From Sphagnum compactum (Eukaryota), in assembly GCA_965153455.1 (NCBI GenBank), contig OZ234493.1, positions 19,024,213-19,088,212 of the forward strand: a DNA stretch of 64,000 bases. The letters run 5' to 3'. The number at the start of each line of letters is the position of its first letter. Positions within the stretch are counted from its first letter, which is position 1. Below the pieces are notes generated by a model that saw only the letters and a list, made by a program, of their open reading frames with translations, had not been told where the DNA came from and searched no databases. Positions 1 to 12,400 of this stretch are shown here, piece by piece. The translations under genes and the position numbers were made by a program.

Positions 1-374
1 GCAGCTCATGTAATGTTCTTAGCACCCCCATGGTCTACAATTGAATTATAGCTAAAATGTTGACCTGGAAATTTACATAGTCTATAGTCAAGCCTCTCTT
101 GGTGATGTGTCCCATGTTCAACTACTTTGGTCAATTGCAAAACATAGTGATGGATGATAGATCACATTAAGATGATGGACGGTACGGATATAATTAAACT
201 TACAAAAACTTGTACAATTTTTTTTATCTGCATTTAATCTAATGTATGTAAATTTTAAAACAATCTATCCCATCATTTTTCGATCAATATCCTCAATCTA
301 TATTACAAACTGTCATCCTTGTTAACTCTAATCCACATAGATTGTTTGATACATCAATTTTCAATTTTCATTTC

Positions 375-720
375 TGATGAAGCAACATTTTGCTCCTAAG
401 GTTTCAATTTTGATGCAACAACATTTTGCTCACCAATTGGCTAATATGATTCAACAACATTTTGCTCACCAATTGGCTAATATGATTCAACAACATTTTG
501 CTCACCAATTGGCTAATTTGATGCAGCAACATTTTGCTCAACATTGCCTCATCTGATGCACCAACATTTTGCTCAACAATTGTCTGATCTGATGCAACAA
601 CATTTTGCTTAGCAAATGCTTGATCTTATGCAGCAACATTTTGCTCAGCAATTGTTTGACCTGATACAACGACATTTTGCTCGGCATTTGTCTATTATAA
701 TGAAGCAACATTTTGCTTAT
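375..720. repeat. 36-bp tandem repeat (~9-10 copies), codon-phased
   Basis: Unit ~TGATGCAACAACATTTTGCTCACCAATTGGCTAATT. It translates on the minus strand as 12-aa repeats (e.g. EQNVAASDQTIV-like), probably a decayed transposon ORF repeat. Confidence 0.85.
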
Positions 721-1994
721 GAACTTCCAAATCACCACCACCTTTCTTCAATTTCCTTCCTCTAGCCATTACAACCTTCAACATAAAAAAACCACCATTT
801 CATTATTAGTTGTCAATTTTAATCAAGTAAACCAAAAGGACCCAAGGAAAAAAAAAAAAAAACTGCCTGCTACCATCGCCTTTTTCACAACACCACCACC
901 ATAGAGGAAGGCGACGACAATGTTGCCGTCACCTTCTTCCCAACAAAACCACCGAAAAACACGTAGATCGCCATTTTTTTGCAACAAAACCATCAAAAAA
1001 GGTGAGGGAAGTTGTCGTCTTCTTCTTCTTCGCTACAACGGAACCGTAGAAGAAAACGATGGCTCATTGATGTCGCCTTCTTTGCTGTAGCAAAACCAAA
1101 ATAAAAGAAAAAAAACCTTGCAATGTAACAAAAAAAATTGTTGTCACCACCTTCTTTGTTGCAGCAAAACCAAAACAGAAGGCGACGGGCTTTTGCATTG
1201 TAACAAGATAAAAAAAACGATGGCAGCTTTGCTGCCGTTGCCTTCTTCGTTACAACAAATGAATAAACAAGAAGGCGACGACAGCCTTTTTCACTGTAGG
1301 AAAATCACAAAGAGAAGGGCTTAAGGGAAGGAACTTACATTCAAGCTCCCACTCTAGGTCCCGCCTAGGTCCTGCTTCAGGCGCTCTAGAACTCTAACGA
1401 TCAGAATTCGTGGGCCCGCTTTAAGCGCGTTATCATGCCTCTGCTCTTGCTCCAACTGCTCCCGAGCTCTGGTGCCACTCCTGAATTCTTATGATGGAGT
1501 GAGTGCAAAATCATGCGAAGTAGGGTTTAAGGTTGAGGGGGGAGGTAGGTGGGAGGTAGGAAGGGGACATAAATAGAAGGGGGGAGGTAGGTGGGAGAGA
1601 GGTAGGTAGGAGGGAAAAATTTTGGGGTAGAGAAGAGGTCAAAAAAACCAATAACTTTCGGCAGGGGAGGATGTGTTTTTGGTTCATCCCTAAAACAGCT
1701 TCAACGGCATCATCCTCAACTAGTGCATTGGTGGTTGCTAGTTCATTCCAACCCTCTTGGGGTGTTACCCTACACATAAAATACTAGTAGAAATTTTCTT
1801 GTGTATCTAGAGGACGCATTATCTAACATAATTTCTTGTTGGCAAATAGGCATTTCAATTTATTTCCCCTTGATAGCTTCCTACCTCCTAGCCTACATAC
1901 TCACCTATGTAGGCTACCTATCCACCTACCTACCTACTTATCTAAGTGTAGACCCCTATCTTCACCTACCTACAATTTAGGATACCAACTCATG

Positions 1995-3480
1995 ACCAAG
2001 TTTGCAAGTATGCAAGTTTACAAGTTTGCAAAGTAAAAAAATTAAAAACTCTAGAAATTACAAATTAATAATGACAGTTACAAGTGTGCATTTGCAAGTT
2101 CACAAGTTTGCAAATTAAAAAATTTATAAAATTAAAGAATCTAGAAATTACAAATTAATAATTATACTTTACAACTTAACAAATTGCAAGTGTGCATGTT
2201 TGCAAGTTTACAAGTTTGCAAATCTACAAAATTTTAAAATCTAGAAATTACAAATTAATAATTACAAATTTACAACTTACAGATTGCAAGTGTGCATTTG
2301 GAAGTTCACAAGTTTGCAAGTATGCAAGTTTCCAAATTTACAAAACAAGAGATTTTCAGATTAACAATTACAACTTTACAACTTTACAAATTGCAAGTGC
2401 ACATTTGCAAGTTCACAAGTTTGCAACTCTACAAGTTTGCAAGTTTATAAAATTACAAAATCTAGAAATACAAAATAATAGTTACGAATTTACAACTTAA
2501 CAAATTGCAAGTGTGCATTTGCAAATTCGTTAAAGTTTGCAAATTTACAAATTCACAAAATCTAGAAATTGCAAATTAATAATTACAAATTTACAACTTT
2601 ACAAGTTGCAAGTGCACATTCGCAAGTATGCAAAATCACCACATTACCAAATTACCAAATATAAAATTATAAAGTTACAAATTGCATGTGCTTGTTTGTA
2701 AATTTCAAATTAAAAAAAATTTAAAAAAAAAATTACACGTACATGTTTGCAAATATACAAAATGACCATAATAAGAATTTAATTATAAGATATTTACAAT
2801 TGAAAAATTGGAGGTGCATGTTTTCAAGTTCACAAGTTTGCACTTGTATGCAAAATTAGCAAATTAGCAAATTAGCAATATCACCAAAATTACAAAGTTA
2901 CAAATTGCAAGTGCATTTTTGCATATTTACAAGTTTGCACATGCTAAATTTGTGCATTTTCATACTTGCAAGTACTACAAATTATAAATGTATAAAATTA
3001 TAAATTTCCAATTTGTATGGTTTGCAAGTAAAAAATTACAAATGAAAAATGAAAATTTTCAACCTACAAATAACAATGTTTCCAAGTTTATAAGTAATAA
3101 AACACATGCATGTATTGCCAAATTGCAAGTTTTCAAGTTTGCAAATTTGCAAATTTGCAAGTTACAAAATAAATCACGTCACAAATTACAAATTCACAAA
3201 TTACAATATTATAATTTTAAAATATTATTATTAATTAAAAATTTAGAAATTTACAACATGACAATATTACATAATTACAAATTGCATAATTGAAATTTGC
3301 AAGTGCACATTTGTAAATTTGAAATTTTTCAAATGTGAAAGTCTACAACAAATAAAATAATTTGATAATTTGTGCATGTTACAAATTACAAAATTACAAA
3401 ATTTTTAATTGCAAGAAAGCAACTTTGCAAATTCGTAGATTTCCAAATTACAAATCAACAATCATAAACTATCAAGTGCA
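1995..3480. repeat. Degenerate AT-rich satellite-like region (TTTGCAAG/TTACAA motifs, ~100-bp units)
   Basis: Recurrent TCTAGAAATTACAAATTAATAATT...TTGCAAGTGTGCATTTGCAAGTT units. Confidence 0.8.
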
Positions 3481-5154
3481 TAATTTGCACGAACTAACCA
3501 AAAAAACAAAAGATATTTTATGGATCCCATGCATGTATCACAACCTAAACCACAAAAGACTAGTGGATATTTAGGGTGCCCTATTTGGGTATTGCAACCT
3601 ATATCTTAAAACTAATCCTTATCTCATAGACATTTATGTGGGGTATTGCATAATTTGGTAAATGTTTTTTGAAGATTGACTAGATCAAGACATAATCCCA
3701 TAACACAATACCTAAATATGAAAATGATACATCAAGAGCAAGAAAGATGTAAGTCAATATATGAGTATTGCCCTAAATGTAGGTATCACATTTTTTTCAC
3801 AAAAAACTAGTCCTTTTTTATGAACCTATATGCAGGTATTGCATAATTTAATAAATGGTCCGCGAAAATTCACTAATTCAAAACCCAATCTCAAAATGCA
3901 ATACCTAAATATGATATATCAAATGCAAAGAAATGTAAGCTAATACCTATTTGATCATAGACCTAAACGTAGGTAATGCATTTTCTTCACCAAAAAAAGT
4001 CCCTTTTTTTTAGATCTATATGTGGGTAGTGCAAATTTTGGCAAATGTTGCGACGTTGTTCTTTTGGGACACATGTGCAGATTACTTTGTGGCAAAAATC
4101 CAATTACTAGTTTTAATGCTTGTATGCAAATATTGCAAATGTGGGTAAAATAAACACATATTGGTCACAAATGACAATTACATGATTCACAAAGCATATG
4201 GGTAACAATGCATATGATACACAAAATATAAACATATGGGTCACGACACATATGATACAAAACAATCATTATATTATGTTAATGTTTACATAATTTACTA
4301 CCTAATATTTTTTATATACTTGAGAATTGCAAGAGAATCTAATACCAACTACAAAATTGGTTTCTATCTTTTGAAATTAATAGAAAACTTAAATTTGTTC
4401 TTGAAATCAAGGCATCCACTTTTGAGTTGTAGCAAAGTAATTTTTTTAATTGATGTTTCTTTGTTGACTATTTTTCAAATGTTTATTTTTCTAACATCTT
4501 CCCCAAGTTCCAATATGGATTCCCAACAAGCTCCTAATAACGTGTTATATTGTATCCCATACACTATTTGCATTATGTTCAAGTATTGCAATATATTTTT
4601 CCCAAATACACATGTACAAGAGTAGACAACAATTAATCTATTTTGGTATCAACTAATGTTTCAGATTAATTTTTCAGTGATGAAGCTATCAAAGATGACC
4701 ACATAAATTGAAAAAAAAAAACTCGAAGGGTGGCACAATTGATTGATACATTCAAAGTACATTATATCACATATATAATGTTAATATACTAAATCTAACT
4801 CATCAAAGCCTTTCAAACAACCCATGATTATTGAATTTTGATTAGATGTATTATATAGCCTTCTTCATCCATAGGCAATGGGCATTAGTCTATTTTTGTA
4901 AACCATGTAAATACTTACTTTAGGTTGTGCATTTTGTTGATTACACACAAGGGTTTGGGTAGGGTAGTGGCACTACATATGGACTTGAAGAAAACACACG
5001 CCTCCTCCCCATGGCACATGCCCTTTGTATAAATGGAATTGTATATTGAAAATGGTGATAATTGTGAATACTTTGCACTAGAAAGAATGAGTGCAAAATG
5101 TGAGAAAGTGTATGTTGTTGACCATCAAACAAGTTGAACATGCTCATTTCATGA

Positions 5155-5660
5155 AACCCCAAACCCTAAACCTCAAACCTTAAGCCCTATCACTTGTTCC
5201 ATAACAAAGAAAAATCTAAGTGCATAAAAGTAAGTGTGAGAATGTGGGGAGCAATGACATCCAATTCTAATATGAATTCTTGAAGTAACGTATTCCATAA
5301 AGCCCCAAAACCCTAAACCCTATCAAGCCCTAGGCCATAACAAAAAAAATTGCACATACATAAAAGGATTGATGGGGAGCATGGGGAGCGGTGACATTTA
5401 GTTGGTAGTAATTATGGAACAAACCCATTTTGTAAAGCCCCAAACCCTAAACCCTATCAAACCCTAGCCCATAACAAAGAAAGTTGTAGCTACATAAAAT
5501 AAATATGGGAATGTGGGGCACAATGACATATAGTTGGTACTACTCCTTGAATAAAACGCATTTCTTAAAGGCCCCAAACCCTAAACCCTATCAAACCCTG
5601 GCCAATAACAAAGTTGCAAAAATATATAAAGGGAACATGGGAAGTAGTGACATCTAGATG
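5155..5660. repeat. ~135-bp tandem repeat (4 copies) carrying telomere-like AAACCCT motifs
   Basis: Units begin CCCCAAACCCTAAACCCTATCAAACCCTAG..CCATAACAAAG at ~5157, 5303, 5438 and 5572. Confidence 0.8.
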
Positions 5661-7852
5661 CCATTGAATGTTGTCACTTGTTTTATGGAACCCCAAACAA
5701 TAGACAACTAGCACGACATTTGCTTAACATAAATTTATCTTGTTGTTTGAATGTCCATTAGTGAACTTGTAACTATGATCAACTCCCAAATCAAACCAAA
5801 AAAAATAAATTGCTTTAAGTTATGTTCAATCTAGCAAGTATTAACTGGCATTCTTGAAATATTGATTTTTCACACTACTAGGTGATTATTGCAAGATTTT
5901 GAAATTTGACTTACACATAAGGTATCAAAAAGAATTCTCAAATTTTTGGGACCAATTGCGTATCAATTTGTTTGAATGGCTACCACACTAGGATATTAGT
6001 ATTTTTTTTGGTATGGATTAATAACTGTTGAATATGCATAAGGGTTGGTTTTTGCAATAACTTACCTAGAATTGAATTCAATATGTTTTTACATATAGGC
6101 CTTTATCTCACAATGAAAACTTGAAATGAAGATGGTAGCCATTAAAAGGCAAAAGGCCTTAAACCAAGTGATCACTCAATCTATGTCCATTCATTGACAA
6201 AACCAACTATTGTCGAAAGCTATGAGGGAGCAACTTCACATAGAAGTGAATGAACAAGATGGTATAAGGTTTCCAGGCAAAAGCCAAAAAAAACATTACC
6301 TCCAAATGGATGGAAGGTTTACTAATATAAATCTATCTTGTTATTCATGTTTTTCATTTAGCATTTTGATGATGTCTATTTAATATAAATTTTCTTTAAA
6401 CCTCATTCCATTTTTTCTCGAATTTACACTTTTAAATGAAACTATTTAAACTTGTTCCACAAAAATTTCAACTCACATTGTGAAAATTCACCCCAAAGTT
6501 TTTTGTTGGGACTCTTGTTCAAAAGTTTATTTTGATGAATATCTTCCTTGAACTTTTTGACATTAAATAATGATATATCGACCTATTAATTATGTTCAAA
6601 GGATTTAAAAGAAATCCACATTCATCAAAATGGCATTGTTTGGCAAGTCATCATATAATGGCTAGCCAAAAATATAGAACTCGATCTTTACAATATTTAC
6701 AAAACTTTAGGATGTTTTTTCCAAATAATTTTCTTCTATCAATGATTTTCCATCTTCCATCCTATCATTTGTGCAAAGAAAATGGAAGATGAAAATGCAA
6801 AATGGGAACAAGGGTCAAGTTCTAGGGTTGGGTTTGAAACTTATTTATCAAAATTTCCGGCCATAGAAATTGGAAAAAATCCTATAATCTATAAGGAATC
6901 ACATTGAATAGAATGAAAAAACCTTCAAGAAAATGATGAAATTTATATATTCACAATAAAAATTAATAAAATTGTGATATTAAATAACACATATATGTAT
7001 AAGTTAGTAATAATTAAATCTACATAATGTTAATAGTTTATATAACGTTTAAATTTTTTTTATATAATATAATATTTTAATAAAATAAATTATAAAATTA
7101 TAATTAATATGACACAACATTTATTGATTCAATATATGCTTAAAGGTGAAAACATATAATAGATAATTTTATAAAATTATAAAAAATAAAATATGTTCCC
7201 AAAAACCTTTTTCAATGTTAATTTTAAATAGTTTTGTTTACAAAACATTTATAAAAAAACAATTCTTGAAGAAATCATTGTTGTTCAAATGTATTAAAAT
7301 ATAATGACAATTTGAATGCATTTTCAGTCAAATCACTTTATATTATTTTCATGAAAAAAATATATATTTTTGTTAATATTTATTTTTGGGGGCTTCCCGC
7401 AAGTACCAACTAACTTGCTAGGAAACAATATGAAATACATTATGCCAAATTTTGACTTTCATGACTAAGACACTGAACAACTATGTATTGTGTATAGTCA
7501 TTTTTACTAAAGGCATGGACAAGGTTAATCTTGAATACAACTATATGACCATGAATAGTAAATATAATAATTTTAGTCATATATATGATTATAGGAATAA
7601 AATTATGACTTCATGACTATTTAAAAATATGATTATAACATAAGGTGGTCCTCAACAATATGAAATTAATTCAAACAACATATTTCATAAATTTTTTAGG
7701 TATCCTTAGTGAATATCCTTCACTAATAAATGTTTTTGGGCATCCTTAGTGAATATTTTTTCACTAATAAAACATTCAATGAGTTCATGTGTTCATTTGC
7801 AAAACTAACATGGTAAAATATTAGATTGGTAGTTGTGAATATGAGCATGCAC

Positions 7853-9440
7853 CTTATAGTGTTTTGTGGTCCACCCTTTTGTCTAGTTATATGCATAGAT
7901 TCCTTTCTAGATTCAAATTTGAAAAATGTAGAGAATTATTAATTGCTTGCATAGACCAAACCCATCTTGTCAACAAGGTCTAAAATTCCAAAAATAACTC
8001 TACCAACCAGCAAACAATGATCGGCTACAACCTTCAAAGCCATATTTTTGGATTCAAAACATGATATACTTTCACAATGGGAGTGATGAACTTCACAGGG
8101 AAGAAATTATGAATAATGGTGGCCAAATATGTGGATAAAACTTATCAATAACCCTTTACTAAATGAACCATCATGATCTTGACAAACTACCCCAATGGTA
8201 AATAGTTAAATGGATGAATAGAACATAGTGTAAAAGTTCAAAGTAAAATACAATGTACAAGGATGTTGGTACAATCAAGCACCAACATTGTGTTAATGAG
8301 AATGTAAAATCTAATTTGTCATAATCATGAAGTGGGCATAACACAAGCTTTTTAGTGCAGTCATAGTCAAGTTTGCCATGTTAGAGCCCAAGAATGTGAT
8401 TGATGTTGTTGATTTCAGCATTTTCCATAATCTGCTTGTGGCTTATTTCTCACACATTCAACAATTTTCCCTTCACTAGAAACATTCCATATGTATTGTG
8501 CCCGACAAAACTAATGCCATTCATTTGCCATGAATATATGAAAAAATGAAACCTTTAATGTTATTATTATCATCCCAAAACATTGATTTATTCATTAGGT
8601 TGTTTCTCAAACATCAAATTAGAATAAATTTATAGCAAGTGTTTTAACTAAATCACCATAATAAGGATCAGGGTCCACTATTTAAAACCTCTACCACCAA
8701 CATCAAATTAACATCCTCATGTTTTGGTATTACACTTATAGAAGTTGCCATAATATTCCTGAAGTTGCAAACCTTACTTACATCACATGTAATAATGTTT
8801 TAGTAAGGGACCCATATCATAGGGACAATCGAACTCCTTCAAGATTATCTTAATTGAAAAGACAAGAAAACAACACAAAAGGATGAACTAAGAAAAAGCT
8901 AAACCTAAGTCAATGATGAAAAGACCAAACCACTATTGACTACAAATTATAAACTTAATAAAACTCTAGCTGTGGGTTCACAAACTAGAAAGTAATTTCA
9001 CAAAGTATTAATATGTTCTCCATATTTACAATTAAAGCCAAGTTGAAAAATAACCCCTACAACATATAAACATGGAAAAAATGATAGATTCCATTACTAA
9101 AAAACATAAAAAAACATCTAAATCCACTACTAAGAGTTTAAAATATCAACTCAATGAATTTCATGTACTATACCACATGATGAAAGGTGGCTACAAACTC
9201 ATGATCTACATGCCACCTTTATGTTAAAGTTGGATTAAACTTGATTTGCATGACCTGAACCACCAACATTCAACATAAAGTGGGTTAAATAAAGAGAAAA
9301 AACCACATGGGACTCTACAAACTTTAGGAATGAAGTAGGGATTGGCTTTTGTCCAATTTTGTCTTCTCCCTTCCTTGATGTCAAACCCTTCATTAATGGT
9401 AAAACTATAATAAACAAACACAATGTCACTTAAAGGTCAA
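7853..9440 (-). pseudogene. TOP2: Degenerate DNA topoisomerase II (Top2) fragment covering the transducer/TOPRIM region, introns retained
   Basis: Broken minus-strand frames read IPKHEDVN-DVGGRGFK*WTLILI.GDLVKTLA (cf. IPKLEDANDAGG..CTLILTEGDSAKALA), MNGISFVGHNTYGMFLVKGKLLNV*EISHKQIMENAEINNINHILGL*HGK (cf. FPLRGKLLNVREASHKQIMENAEI), KSLCYAHFMIMTN (cf. SLRYGHLMIMTDQ), DHDGSFSKGLLISFIH..KFITPIVK and KGWTTKHYK. There are many stops and frameshifts, and the blocks are separated by intron-sized gaps. The upstream limit is uncertain. Confidence 0.88.
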
Positions 9441-12400
9441 GTCAATTGTATAGGAAGTCACAAATACATCTATAATCTATAATGTATACTTCTTATTCAA
9501 CAAGAACTATGACTTTGAGAAAATCAAATATCATATTGGCATGAAAACCAATTGGGATTTGTATTTTAGTAGTAATAATAAACAATATGATGTACCACCA
9601 CCTACAAACATTAACTTGTCCATGCCTTCATAGTGTTAGGGCAATATAATATTCACAAAATAATAAGTTGAAAGAAATACACATTCCTCAGCAACATAGT
9701 GTAGATCAAGAAGCAAAAAGACAAATTGTCGAGGTTGTAGAAGTTGATGGTGGAGTTAGTTATTGCCACCACCCCTTTTCAAATAGTTGTTATCAACACA
9801 AAATTAAAACAAAACCAAATGCACCAACATTGGACTAACTATAGAAACCCATACACTGATTTTTGTTAAATTTGTTTTATCAAATGTTCCAACCTTGGGG
9901 GTGATGATGAGGATGGTAGACAAACCATCAAGTGGATCCATTTGAATTTGCAAACTTTTGCAACTATAGACTATCCACTAATGACTAGAATAAATGGCTT
10001 GTGGTCCCCCATACTAATCATTCCTTAGATAACGTGCATCTAAACAACATGATGCCTCTACATTGCCCGTTACTTAATGAATGTGACCAAAAGCTAGTTG
10101 ATGAACATAAACCTAGTGCAAATATGATGGAACTTTAAACCCATAAAATCACACAATGCACAAAGTCCTAGAGCAAAGGATTGTAGTTTAGAAACCCTAA
10201 ACTTGCAATGTCAAGTTAACACACAAAAATCCTAAGGCATATTTTGGATGTCCAAAATCCTAGAGCATTATATTGCAATCACCAAAGCCCATGTAAGTGC
10301 ACTACACAAAATTTTGAAGCAATGCACAAAATCCAAGGCATTAGGCAAACATCACAACCATTTATGTGTTGCATATTAATAATGTGCACATTTAACTCAC
10401 TACACCCATTCTAAATGCTCCATGTGCTAGTGGATAGATTTTTGTGTATTGCAAACCAAACCCTTGTGTTGATTCATTAAGGGGCAAGGAGTTTTTCCTT
10501 GAACCATGCATGCACAATATTGCACCTTCCATTATTATCAATGCAATGGAACCAACAACTATTAAAGAATGTGGATTGCTTGTGTTGTATCTTGAAGTCC
10601 ATTAACCAAATCCCTATCAACATATATTATATGGTAGATTAACGTTGACACTAACCTTTGGAGCATATATTTTGCGATCATGGTCAACTAGCTAGTATCA
10701 TGGTAATTAGTTGTTTAACTTGTCCAGTATAACAAACTAAAGAATAATTGTTTGCCCCGTGGCATATTATTAAGTCCTTTAGGAATGTAATGCTTGTATG
10801 AATACCAGAACTTCGGAAGTTTCAAGAATACAATAAATCCTTTAAGTTTTTTGACATTGGAGAAGGTGGGGAAATCATCACTACAAATGTAATCAAAGCA
10901 AAGGGGAGCACATGGTTGTAGCCAACTAGCTAGTTGAGGTTGTAGCCAAACATGCCCACCATGTGACACAAATTGCGGATAACTAACAAAGGAAGTAAAC
11001 TCACTACACAACAATAGGTTGTCATTAATGGTAGTGTTATATAATTTATTTATAAACACATATTTCCAATGTTTTTGCTTTTAGTTACCCAATTGTTCAA
11101 TTGTTTTACTTCCATTTGATGAGGCTGTTGATATGGGAAAAAAATAATTTTATCCGAATTCGATCACCAAAATTGATTTACTTGTAATCACCTCAAGGTT
11201 CTAGTTGATGACACTGCTTGTAGAGGAAAAAAACAAATTTGTCCAAATCTAGTTGCTTAGTCACATTACTTTTAGTTGCACCCTTCCAATTGATGACACC
11301 ACCTAAAGAAAAAAAATGGCTTTGTCCAAGTCCAGTCACATAGTCCCTTTACTTCTAGTTGGCCACTTCTAGTCGATGATGCCACTTGAAGAAAAAATAG
11401 TTATACCAAATATGGTTGCCTTATCGGTCTACTTTTAGTTACCCCCACCCTATTCAAATCCTATTGACCAATCGCTTCATGTCCACCATGTCTAAATTTA
11501 GTTGTTCCATGCCTTTTTAATCGTTATGCCACCAAAAAAAATCAATAGTTGTGATGAAATCTAATCGCCCCTTGACAGTCTAGATCAAATATAATCAAAT
11601 GAATTAGAGATGGATGAAAATGTATGTTGGATAAATTTAGTAGGCACAACACCAAAGTAATTGAAATGGATTGCAACCAATTTGGTACACAACTAGTTGT
11701 TATCATTTTTTGGTGTGAAGTTGCAAAAAATAGAAATTAGTTGCAAACTATGACATGTAACTGTGAGGTAACTACAATGACCAATTACAAAGTTTTAAAT
11801 TTCTTTTAGTGAGATTAAACATGGCTAATTAAAGCTATTCAAGGATTAATCAATTTAGTTCAAGGTTGAAGAAAGGGCACATTGAGGCCTAAACATCTCT
11901 TGAGTGGGAGTTTTCAAGGTTGGCTACAAGGCTTGGAGGTTCATTCCAACTTTTGTCCAAACTATTCACTTGCCACCCATATAATGCCATCTTCAACTTT
12001 CATATTTAATTTTTACTCTGTTCTAAATATTATGCACGCCCATGAACATCGAACCACTAGCACCAAAATGAGAAAGCACATTACTTTTTACCTCAACAAA
12101 CCATTTAAAATTTCATTGGAAACAAAAGGATGTCTAAATATGGTAGGTAAAGAAATACATGAATCAACAACATGCAACAAAGATGACCATTTGTGAGTGG
12201 TTTGTTATTGGTGACACTTGAAAAACAAATCAACAACTTTATTTTTTAAATTTTATACTATAAAAGAATAGAAATTTTATAAATAGAATTTTTTTTTGGG
12301 TGAAAGCACACTAAGGTGGGTACATAATCCTATGATAGTTTGTTAGATTATCAATCAAGGGCCATGGAACAAAATATGAATAATATGTGAAAAGGACTCA

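Noticed and set aside
538..741. 67-aa repetitive ORF as a gene
   Set aside because: It is a by-product of the 36-bp tandem repeat, and neighbouring units contain stops.
9560..9780. Possible importin-like fragment (LLQPR)
   Set aside because: The similarity is only a few residues and cannot be supported without a search.
11799..11811. CACTA-type terminus (reverse complement CACTAAAAGAAA) defining a full element
   Set aside because: No matching opposite TIR or TSD could be identified, so no element boundaries are claimed.
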